From NCBI RefSeq assembly GCF_009914755.1, contig NC_060926.1: a stretch of DNA of 64,000 bases. One strand, 5' to 3'. The notes under the pieces were generated by a model. That model was not told the DNA's origin. It saw only the letters and a program-made list of their open reading frames with translations, and made no database searches. Source of the stretch: the human T2T-CHM13v2.0 reference genome, Homo sapiens. The position numbers and the translations under genes were made by a program. Positions 16,469 through 32,366 of the stretch are shown here, piece by piece; positions within the stretch are counted from its first letter, which is position 1; every line of letters begins with the position of its first letter.

Positions 16469-16619
16469 GAAGGAGCTGACTGCCGATGCACGGGAGCTGA
16501 AAGGGGAGCTATACTGCCTCCCATGCCATGATAAAATGGGGGTCCCCATCTGTGGTGCTTGCCGACGGCCCATCGAAGGGCGCGTGGTGAACGCTATGGG
16601 CAAGCAGTGGCATGTGGAG
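16469..16619 (+). CDS. LIMS1: LIMS1 coding exon ([51 protein letters not shown]), LIM3-LIM4
   Basis: gacag| acceptor, |gtgag donor, 151 nt. Confidence 0.96.
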
Positions 16620-16636
16620 GTGAGTTCTAAATGGCA

Positions 16637-16739
16637 AAGGGTAACCAATCCTTTCAAATCTCCATGATTAAGGGGTAACCAATACTTTCAGATCTCCCAT
16701 GATTCAGGGGTAACCAGTACTTTCAAATCTTCATGATTC
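16637..16739. repeat. Three-copy ~34-bp minisatellite just after a LIMS1 donor site
   Basis: agggGTAACCaatactttcaaatctccatgattc-like units at 16637, 16671 and 16706. Confidence 0.9.
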
Positions 16740-17196
16740 AGGTGTCCTGGCAAGATTAGGAGACTCTAAAGATTAAACGTGGACATTTTAAAGACAATTG
16801 ACTTTGCTGACAGCTAAGAATATATAATGTACACTGCTTTTGTGAATGTCTCAGTAATGATACAGGATGTGTACTTTTGCTCCTAAAGCCTTCTTGAAGC
16901 AGGAAGTGCCATGGTCTGTATCCAGCAGCAGCTCCTCCTTTATAGGTGCTACTGAGATGCTCACCTCTATTCTCTTTTTGGGCTATTATAATAGGCTATG
17001 TCTTAAAGTAACCTTCAAAGACAGACACCTGAATTACAACTGCAGAAGTATTATATTATGGGGCCACCTATGGCCAAATGAAACGACTGTCTCAAACTTT
17101 CCTTCATCTTCTCCGAAAATAGGTTAACTCTGGTATTTACTTTATTAGATATAAAATATGGCAATTCAAAAATGACCTATAGCAATTTTTTTTCAG

Positions 17197-17289
17197 CATT
17201 TTGTTTGTGCCAAGTGTGAGAAACCCTTTCTTGGACATCGCCATTATGAGAGGAAAGGCCTGGCGTATTGTGAAACTCACTATAACCAG
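17197..17289 (+). CDS. LIMS1: LIMS1 coding exon ([31 protein letters not shown]), LIM4
   Basis: tttcag| acceptor, |gtatt donor, 93 nt. Confidence 0.96.
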
Positions 17290-18569
17290 GTATTGACCTT
17301 AGTCACTGGATGCTAGATAGACTTTTATGAACCTAAGCTTATCAGTAGTTTAGCTACAAGGAAATCTCTTGGAAGATGTACATTGTTCAGTAGAGATTTG
17401 TTTTTAACTTTTTATTTGGGAAATAATTTCAGACTCAGAAGCTAACTATAAAATATACAAAGAATACCTGTATGTCTTTCATTCAAGTCCACAGTTTGCT
17501 TTATCATTTCCCAAGCTCAGTCTTCCTGTGTAAAACACATACTTACGTAAATATTATATACAAGTACGATGGCTGTTTTGCCAATAAGTTCATCATACTC
17601 CTTTATCCCTAAATACTTCAGTGTATATTTCCCAAGAATATGGGACTCTCTAACATAATTGTAGTTATCAATATTGATACCGTACTCTAACCATTTATTC
17701 CAGTTTTGTCACTTGAGTCAATATCCTCACAGCATTTTTTCCACTCCCAGACTGGACCCAGCCTCTGGCTGTGATGTTTCTTTAGCCTTCTTAAATCTGG
17801 AACGTTTCCAGAGTCTTTTAAAATTTTTGATGACATTGACATTTTGGAGGGATGCAGAGGGCCCCTAACCCCTTTTTAATAGACTACTTTCCACTTGGGT
17901 TCACCTGGTGCTTCTCTGTGCTTAGATGAGGTTATACACAGCAGGTTGTGGCCTCATACAGTGGCAGGGCATCTTCTCAGAACCTTGCCCCTGGAGCATT
18001 TTATACCTCTCCTGCCCTGGTGATCTCCCAGGCATGGTGCTGGCTGATAACATCACTGTGAATTACAATTTCCTTCCCTCCTCTGTAAGAAAGAAGCAAT
18101 CTGTGGGCAATCATTTTATGACCATGGAAATGTCCTGTTCCTCATCAACCTGCCCTAGATTCAGCACCCCTTGATGATTCTTGTCTCTGCGCCAGCTGCA
18201 AACGACACTTCTCCAGCCCCATGCCCTCCACCCATAGTCTGGTCCTCAGCGCTCTGCCTGAGCAAGAACCCACCTCCTCTCCCGTCTATAGGTTTATTCA
18301 TTTATCTATTTCTTATCCATATGGACTCACAGATTTCTATATTTTGCATCACTTATTTGGGTGTTCAAACTGTCATCTGGAAAGTTTTTCTTTTAATTGA
18401 TGAGAGTGAATTACTTTCATTGTAAGAAGTAAAAACTTGTCAAAGAACTTTTACTAAATTTCTCTAGTAGTGATAAATCCTCAATTTAGATAGCCAGCTA
18501 TTTTTAAATGTTCAGTGTTCTAAAAATTCTAACACATCTTGAACTTTGACCACCTTTTTTTATTTTCAG

Positions 18570-18618
18570 CTATTTGGTGATGTTTGCTTCCACTGCAATC
18601 GTGTTATAGAAGGTGATG
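18570..18618 (+). CDS. LIMS1: LIMS1 coding exon (LFGDVCFHCNRVIEGD/V), start of LIM5
   Basis: ttttcag| acceptor, |gtaag donor, 49 nt. Confidence 0.95.
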
Positions 18619-19602
18619 GTAAGTATCTGTGTGAGTTTTAGATTGGTGCCACTTTGACACAAAAACACTTGGGTAATGTGGAAATTCAGGTTGGTGATTG
18701 TATGGTTTGAAATGTGATCGTTTTCAGTTACTTTTTCTCTATCTTTGGCGTATTTTCCAAGTAATCTGTAGCAGTAAGATGATAATATCAAAGAGTTGGA
18801 TTTGTTACTGATTTATGACACTACTTTCGGCCACTGCTGCAGTGTTGTATGCCAGCAATCATGGGAACTGTCCCTGGTGGACCCTAAGACCTGTTTGTGT
18901 CCAGTTTCAGGAAGCTCTAGAACAACGTTTATTAGGAACAGTTTAATCTGCTATCGTAGTTAGGAAGAGGCACTTTAACCTGCACATGCTAAAAGCTGGC
19001 AGTTATCAGCAAGCATATCTAGGACTTAACCACCCTTGTACTGTGGTAATTAGGCTGGGCTGATTGATTGGAACAGAAAGGAAGCAGCTGTGTTTGCTAA
19101 GACTCGCTAACACACTTCTGCCAGAGACTTCCTGGCAAAGTTTTGAACAATCCTGTTTTCAGCATGATTCATGGCTCCCTGCAGACATCACCTAATTCAG
19201 GAAATACTTTTGAAACACTGTTCATGTGCAGTTTGTGAAAACAATCCAGGAAAACAATCTTTAGTGCCATTGAAAATAAAACTTACCTCCCTCCTCTGTG
19301 AAATAGATGCCAGGTGAAAGAAGCTGCAGAGGAAACTGTCTTCTTATCATCAGCTCTGGAAAAAAGACTCCTACAGGGGCAAATAAGTTAATGTCTGGAT
19401 TTTTGAAAATTATTTACCTAGTTCATATTTCCATGTTGGGCCAACAGCAGTAGGGACAGAAACAGCAAGCTCACCTAAACAACATGGTGCATGGACAGTT
19501 GCCACATGTGCCCAGGCCAAGGGGGCACAGTTGCTGGTGTAAGACATGGCACACATCATTTATAACTTCACAGGATACTTAAGGATGGGGGAAGATTAAA
19601 GT

Positions 19603-20210
<608 letters not shown>

Positions 20211-20661
20211 ATACATAAAGGTTGAGGGCCGGGTGTGGTGGCTTATACCTGTAATCCCAGCACTTAAGGAGGCCGAGACAGGAGAATTTCTTGAGGCCAG
20301 GAGTTCGATACCAGCCTGGGCAACAGAGCAAGACCTCCATCTCTACAAAATAAAAATAAAAAATTAGCCAGGTGTGGTAGCACACACCTATGGTCCCAGC
20401 TACACAGGAGAACGAGAGGAGAAGATTGCTTGAGCCCAGGAGTTCGAGCTGTGATCGCACCACTGCAATACAGCCTGGACAACAGAGCGAGACCCTGTCT
20501 GAAAAACAAAAGAAAAGAAGCTCTCAGGAAAGAGGTTCTTGGCTGGGCATGGTGGCTCATGCCTATAATCTCAGCATTTTGGGAGACCGAGGCAGGTAGA
20601 TTGCTTGAGCCCAGGAGTTCAAGACCGTCCTGGGAAACATGGCAAGACCGTGTCTCTATAA

Positions 20662-21047
<386 letters not shown>

Positions 21048-21288
21048 TCACTTGAGCCTGGGAGGTTGGGGCTACAGTGAGCCAAGATTGTGCCACTGTA
21101 CTCCAGCCTGGGCTATAGAGCAAGAACCTGTCTCATTTAAAAAAAAAAAAAAAAAAAAAGTTCTTGAGAACCTCCACCAAGTGCCACAGACACAGTCGTA
21201 GTTCTGTTTTGGAGTTGAAATTCTAAGCTGCCCTGCTCCCCATACTGATGTATTTCCATGTGACCAGATCTCTTTCCTCTTTCTCCAG

Positions 21289-21364
21289 TGGTCTCTGCTC
21301 TTAATAAGGCCTGGTGCGTGAACTGCTTTGCCTGTTCTACCTGCAACACTAAATTAACACTCAA
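21289..21364 (+). CDS. LIMS1: LIMS1 penultimate coding exon ([26 protein letters not shown]), LIM5
   Basis: ctccag| acceptor, AA|gtaagt donor, 76 nt, ends in phase 2. Confidence 0.96.
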
Positions 21365-21562
21365 GTAAGTGTACGGTTTTGTCCAGTGTGAATCCTAAGA
21401 CTGAAAACTTTGGGGAGACACTTAAAAAAAATCCTAGAATTTAGAAAAAGAGAATTATTTGATTTCTTATTTCCTCTTTCTGTTCAGGCCTTCTGAAAGT
21501 AAAGGTTCTTCCTTTAACTGTTCCCTGTTCTTTCTTCTATTCCTTCTTTGTCCTACTCAAAG

Positions 21563-21710
21563 GGATAAGTTTGTTGAAATTGACCTAAAGCCAGTCTGCA
21601 AACACTGTTATGAGAAAATGCCAGAAGAATTTAAGAGGCGACTTGCCAAACGGGAGAGAGAAGCAAAGGATAAGGACAAGCAGAAAAAGAAAAAGCCAGT
21701 CTGTTTGTAA
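21563..21710 (+). CDS. LIMS1: LIMS1 alternative (duplicated) last coding exon: [49 protein letters not shown]
   Basis: Long pyrimidine tract then caaag|G; same phase as the canonical last exon; 20/29 aa identical to it including the final CxxC; open to TAA 21708-21710; ATTAAA at 21912. Confidence 0.8.
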
Positions 21711-22886
21711 ACTTTTCTATCCCTGTGTCATCATTTTCACTGCTTTCTCCTTTGGTTAGTCCTTTGGAATATGTTTTTGTTCTGTTTCTGTCTTTTGCTT
21801 TCTTCCCCCCCTGCAACTTTTGGGCATGTATTTGTAGTCATCAGAGATTGAAATACAAGTATTTGTCCTATGTAGAACTGGTCCTTTTGCATAACTGCTA
21901 AAATTACAAAAATTAAATGAATACACTCCATACTTAATACAGTTTTGTGGTCATGTATTTCACTTACTCTGTAGACTCACTCACCTCATTTTTTAAACAC
22001 CATATAGTATACATTTCTTTCATTTTTTTTTAATGGATTTAAAGGGAAGAATTCTAATCTCTTAATAGACCCTGGAAAACATTTTAAAGGATTTTTGTCT
22101 GATTAACTGTAGCTTTTAAAATCCTGGTTTTTGGTTTCCTTGCCACGATCATTTAATTGATAAATTATAAGTGTTGTTTGATATTTTTAAAAATGCATAT
22201 ATTCTAAGTTATGTATTAAATTATTTCAGCATGGCGAGGCATGGTGGCTCACGCCTGTAATCCCAGCACTTTAGGAAGGCAGAGTGGAAGGATTGCCTGA
22301 GCCCAGGATTTTGAGACCAGCCTGGACTACATGCCTAGACCCCATCCGTCAAAAAAAAAAAACAAATTAGCCAGGCGTGGTGGCCCATACCTATAGTCCC
22401 AGCTACTCAGGAGGCTGAGGCTGCTGCAGTGAGCCATGACTGCCACTGCACTCCAGCTTGGGCGACAGAGTGAGACTCTGTCTCAAAAAAAAAAAAAAAT
22501 CTTTCAGCATGTTTCATATCTAAGCAAAGTCCATCTGATTTACGTAAGACATCTTCTTCTGTGATGTTCGAATGTGCATTCATACAATACCCATATGCTA
22601 CTGTTTATGAATTCATTTCCTCAATGTCTTCAAACTCTTTTTTTATTCCTGATTTTTATGAGAAGTATTTCAATCTTTGAAATTCTTTTGAATTACCAGC
22701 ATGATTGTTCCAGTTTTCCCTCATAGTTACCATTGTGTTTGGAGCTCTAAAAATATTTTGTTCCAGTTTACATGTTTCCTTCTATAAAGAGGAATTAAAT
22801 GTAAATGTAAGATTAAAACAATGAGGCCGGGCATGGTGGCTCACGCCTGTGATCCCAGCACTTTGAGATGCCAAGGCAGCAGATCA

Positions 22887-23258
<372 letters not shown>

Positions 23259-24479
23259 TTAAAATAGAAGATTTTTCATTTTAGATATGTGTTTAGGAAT
23301 TTCCTTTGTTACTAACATTGTCCTTTAAAATGATCTTGAAGCAAAGTCTAGTTTAATATAATGTTTAAATGCAGTAAAAATATCAGCAGATTTTATAATT
23401 TTTGTCATAGATAGCAATATACCACTAGATTTATTTCACAAATGCTACCTGAATATAATTTCACAGACAGTGAACAAGTTACCAAGTTGTATATTTACTC
23501 AATTCAAAATTAAACACTCTGGATTTCAACAGTAATAAGCTCCTGTAATTACCTGTTGGAAATGCATTACAGATGATCAGGAGGCTATCTGAAAAGTTGT
23601 CTTCTCCAGGACCATTTTAAAAATAAATTGATAATGTGTGTTGCTCTAGCTTTTCAAAAGAATAGTTGAGTTCTTCAAATAGCTACCGCTTACAATGCAA
23701 CCACAGGTGATCTGGTTACATTTATGTTAAGAGTGATTAAAAACTTTCTTCCAACCTTTCTGTCAGATAACCAAAATAACCCCTTATAATTTAAAATTAA
23801 TTAAACCTCATGGCTACCTAATTTAAAGTACTAAGTAAGATCATGTTGCCTCCAATAAAGAAATCATTCACATTATAAAAATATGATTCTTTCCTTTAGA
23901 TAAATTTATCTTTAAGGTATTCTAAAATGTGATTACCATCCTAGGCAATACGACAGGACCCTGTCTCTACAAAAAAAAATTTTTAAGTTAGCCAGGCATA
24001 GTAGTATGCACTTGTGTCCCAGCTATTCAGGAGGCTGAGGTGGGAGGATGGCTTGAGTCCAGGAGTTAGAGGCTGCAGGGAGCTGTGATCACCACTGCAC
24101 TCCAGCCTGAGTGACAGTCGAGGCTCTGTTTCCAAAAAAAAAAAAAAAAAAAAAGTGATTGACTGTACTTAAGTAAATTATATTTACATTAGATTTCCTG
24201 TTTACTTAGTACTGAATAAAATGTAATCTACAGTCTGTGTTACACAGATGGATGTATAGAACCAATTTATAAGGACTTTTTTTTAAAATTATACTGAATT
24301 TTTATATATATATCACAATAAGAATTGAGGTTAGGATTATGGTTTTTTTACTAACATGAATATAATATCATCACCTAGTTGCCTTCGTTTAGTTCAGTAC
24401 AATTACTGCACATCATTTATATATCTTTGTTGAATATGTTTCCACTAACTTCTTTTTTTTTATAATTTTTTGTCTTTAG

Positions 24480-24594
24480 GAATAAGTTTGTGGAGTTTGA
24501 CATGAAGCCAGTCTGTAAGAAGTGCTATGAGAAATTTCCATTGGAGCTGAAGAAAAGACTTAAGAAACTAGCTGAGACCTTAGGAAGGAAATAA
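24480..24594 (+). CDS. LIMS1: LIMS1 canonical last coding exon ([38 protein letters not shown])
   Basis: cactaac branch point 24443-24449, U-tract, tttag|G; TAA 24592-24594; joined CDS = 978 nt = 325 aa. Confidence 0.97.
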
Positions 24595-27845
<3,251 letters not shown>

Positions 27846-29104
27846 GTTGTATATTGTTTATTTTGAATGGTATATATGTGAAATACATATGAAAATTGAA
27901 GTATTCATGAATATATAATAGAAACAAGTAAATGAATAAAATGACCTGGTTACTATAGATAAGCCAAATTTTGAACCATCTAGAACAATGGTGTAGTCTT
28001 CCCTCTACTCAATGTAAATGCTGGGTTTTTTAATTATTATTATTATTAAGAAGGAGATACAGTCCAGGCACAGTGGCTCACACCTGTAATCCCAGCACTT
28101 TGGGAGGCCGAGGCCAGTGGATCACTTGAGGTCAGGAGTTTGAGACCAGCCTGGCCAACACAGTGAAACCTCATCTCTATTAAAAATACAAAAATTAATA
28201 GGGCGTGGTGGTGTGCACCTGTAGTCCCAGCTACTTGGGAGGCTGAGGCAGTAGAATCACTTGAATCCAGGGGGCAGAGGTTGCAGTGCAATGGTGTGCT
28301 GGGATTACAGGCAATGAGCCACTGTGCCCTGCCCTCAGCTGGAGTGCAATGGTGCAATTAAGTTCTTTCTTTTTCAACTCAAAATTTGTCTGCATCTTTA
28401 CCCAAATATCCAGATCTGATACTCTAGGCTTGGGCTAATATAGTGGGGTGGAGGAGGCTTGGGTTAAGGTTTAAAGTTCCAAGGGCTGAACCGGAATAAA
28501 TGGTGTATTTATCAAGGGAAGAGCAAGGCAAAACCAGCAAGTCCAAACCATGGAGGCCTCAACCGAGGTGAGGGGAAAAGTTAGGGAGCCTTAGGAAAGC
28601 TCTGAGGAGGGACCCCAATTAGGGGGACCGTAGTTAGGGTATGAGGTTTGTGAGATCAGGACTGGAATTGCTGCAAGAGACCCTATGATTGGGTGGCAGC
28701 AGCACGTTGTGGAGATGAGCCTGCTTCCTCAGCCTCTTCCTCTTGTCAGAACCCTTTGCCTCTCCCTACACACGCACACACACATGCATGCACCATGCTA
28801 CAGAAACCTTTCTCAGTCTTGCCATTCTCTCAAATTATGCTTTGGTCTTCCCTTCATCTTCAGATTCTTTAAAGAGAATCAAAGTTCCCACTTCTAGCAT
28901 GATGAAGTGAGGAGGTCAACAAATCTTTCCAAAATGTAACTGTATAGCTGGACAAACCATTTAGCATTCTGTAATTTTACCAAAGGCACCGCACAAATGG
29001 GGATGTGTTTAAGAATGAAAGCTGGCCAGGCGCGGTGGCTCACGCCTGTAATCCCAGCACTTTGGGAGGCTGAAGCAGAAGGACCACTTGAGCTCAGGAG
29101 TTCA

Positions 29105-29326
<222 letters not shown>

Positions 29327-32258
29327 TTAAAGTGAGCCTTGGATAAGACCAGCCTGTGTCTGTGGCATCTTTGCCCAGGCTGCTACCCCCATTTACCCCA
29401 GCTGTTGATAACACACACAGCGGCCCCCAGCAGGGCAGCCTGTGGAGATAAGCTCCCCTGCCACCTCGCTGCAGGGGCTGGAGGCAAGAGTGAGGAAGGT
29501 TTTGATTTGCAGCATGGCTAGTTAAGGTGGTGATATCAGTGACCAGGAGGAAGAAAGGCCACTGACTCCTAGCCTGAGGCTCTGGGCCTTTGGAGACGAG
29601 CAAATGACCTGCAGATTAGTCATGGATGTAAGAGGGAGCTCCGGGAGGTCGGAGAGCCAGAGGGAGCTTAGTAAACTCTTCACACTACCCAAATGGACTG
29701 AAGGCTCATAGCTGGCAGAGATTAGAGCAAGCCCAAGCCATGTCCATATGCCTAGGGCACACAGCCTGTGTGTGTGCCGGTGCCAGTGTTAGGAAGTAAA
29801 AGCCGGAACACCCTTGCAAATGGCCCGGGGCGTGCCTCCTCCCCATTGCACATAGATCCAGCAGCAGATGGTGGAAACCATATTGGCTTTAACTGATGTT
29901 TGACAAACTATGCAAACAAGAAGCGACCTCTAAGAAGCCATTCTGAAAAATTAAAGCAAACAAATGCCAACAATAAAACTGAACAATGACCTGAGTGAGT
30001 GCACACTGTGGAGGAGACAGGCTTCCTGCATGGAGTCCAGCCAGGAGACAGTACAGAATGCATGGAGCAGCTATTGGAAGACAGTGAAAACTAAATAGTT
30101 GCAGGCAGCTTTCCCAAGAAGACCAGAACTTGAAGTACCACCAAACCAGTGGTGAGATAACCATGTTTCCCCTACGGCATCCCGTGACTAACCTGGCAGT
30201 GGGCACCAGGGTGCAGATAGAAAGAGCTCCAGAAGATGCCCTCTATTTCTGGCTCAAGTAACGGGAAAAGTGTCTCCTAACATTCCGAGGGAATCCAGAA
30301 GTTCGTTCCTCCCCATTTTTCTTTTCCCTGTTCTCTCATACCTCAGCCCACAAGCAGTCCCACAGTGGCACTGGCACCAGCCCCAAGAGGAGCCCAGGAG
30401 CCAAGATGTAGGAGGGAACCTTCTCCAACTGACAGAGCTGTGGTCCCAAGAGGGCAGAAACAATCCATGTTGCTTCTCTTCCAATTCAGTCCTCCCACTG
30501 CTTGGCTTCAGATGTAGAAATGCATGGTAGAGCCAGATACCGAAAGCCTGTTTTCTGCTTGGAAGACTAAAAAGAGAAGCCTCAGCAAATGAAAGCAACA
30601 GGGTAATTGCTGAGAGAGAGTTAATCAGTGAAGCAACCCCATTAACCTGTCTATAAACCCCAGGGCTCATTCTTGAGCTGCTCCTGCATAGATCTCGTCC
30701 TGTTCAACACACCAAAGATTGACAGCTGAACTGAGAGACCATCACCCACAGACACAACTGGCCACTGGGTGGTGCACAAGTCAGACAGAACTGAATAGTC
30801 CTGTGAAGACTTTGGACACTGAACTGACTTTGGAACCAGACTGCAGAATGGAGGGGTGGGAACTTGTGGCTTGAACCTAATCAGGTAGATTGCCTGGCCA
30901 AAATGAAAATACCTATCATCTCCATAGGATTTAATTTCATTCAATGATTTTTTTTTTAGTAAATTTGCAATGTTTTACAGCCATCCCCAAAATCTAATTC
31001 CAAAATATCTCTATCACCCCAACAAGAGACTCCATTCAGGTTGGCAGTCACATGCACTCCCAGATTTCCCCTCTGCCCAGCCCTTGGCAATCACTAGTCT
31101 ACTTTCTGTGTCTTTGAGTTTGCCTACTCTGGATATTTCATATAAATGAAATGATATATGAGGTTTTGTGATTGGCTCCTTTCATTTAGAATAATGTTTT
31201 CAAGGCTGATTCATGTTGTAGTATGCATTGGTACTTCATTATTTTTTATGCAAAAGTAATATTCTATTGTATGGCTATACCACATTTTTCTTTGAGACAG
31301 AGATCTCACTATGTCGCCCAGGCTGGAGTTTAGTGGCTCTTCACAGGCCTGATCACAGCTCCTGCATGGATCAAGGAGCATCACTGCAGCTGCAAACTGC
31401 AGCTTCAAACTCTCGGGCTCAAGCGACCCTCCTGCCTCAACCTCCCCAGTAGCTGGGACTACAGGCACGTGTGTCTGTGCCAAGTAATACCACATTTTAA
31501 AAATCCATCTTCAGTAGATGGAAATTTGGATGTTTCCACCTTTTACTAATAAAAATAGTACTGCTATAAACATTATGTATAGGTTTTCTTTTGTTTTTGT
31601 TTTTTCTTTTTTTGTAGAGATGGGGGTCTCGCTGTGTTGCACAGGCTGGTCTCAAATACCTGGACTCAAGTGATCCTCCCATCGAAAACTCCCAAAGTGC
31701 TGGGATTACAGGCGTGAGCCACCATGCCTGGCCTGTATACAAGTTTTTGTGTAGACATGTTTACATCCAATTAATGAACACAGGATGTCTTTCCATTGAT
31801 TTAGCTCCTCTTTAATTTCTTTCAACAGTGTTGTGTAGTTTCCAGTCTACAAGTCTTACACTTTTGGATTAAATTTATTCATAATTATTTTATTATTTTT
31901 GATAATATTATAAATGGAATTGTTTACTTAATTTTACTTGAATTGTTCATTGCTAGTGTATAAGTAGGCAACTCATTTTTTTTAATTGACCTTGTATGGT
32001 ACAATCTCTTTGAACTCATTTATTATCACTGATGGTTTAGGTCTTTTTTTTTTTGAGGTTTCATTAGGGTTTTCTGTATATAAGATCATGTCATCTAGAA
32101 TAGAGATAGTTTTATTTATTCTATTCCTATTTCAATACTTTTTGTTTGCATTTCTTGCCTAATTGCCCTGGCTAGAACATCCAGTACAGTGTTGAATAAA
32201 AGTGAAGAAAGAAGGCATCCTTGTAAGTCACTATTTTTTTTTTTTTTTTTTTTTTTGA

Positions 32259-32366
<108 letters not shown>

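Noticed and set aside
21699-21710. CAAX prenylation box on the alternative tail
   Set aside because: The terminus is PVCL; Cys is penultimate, not fourth from the end
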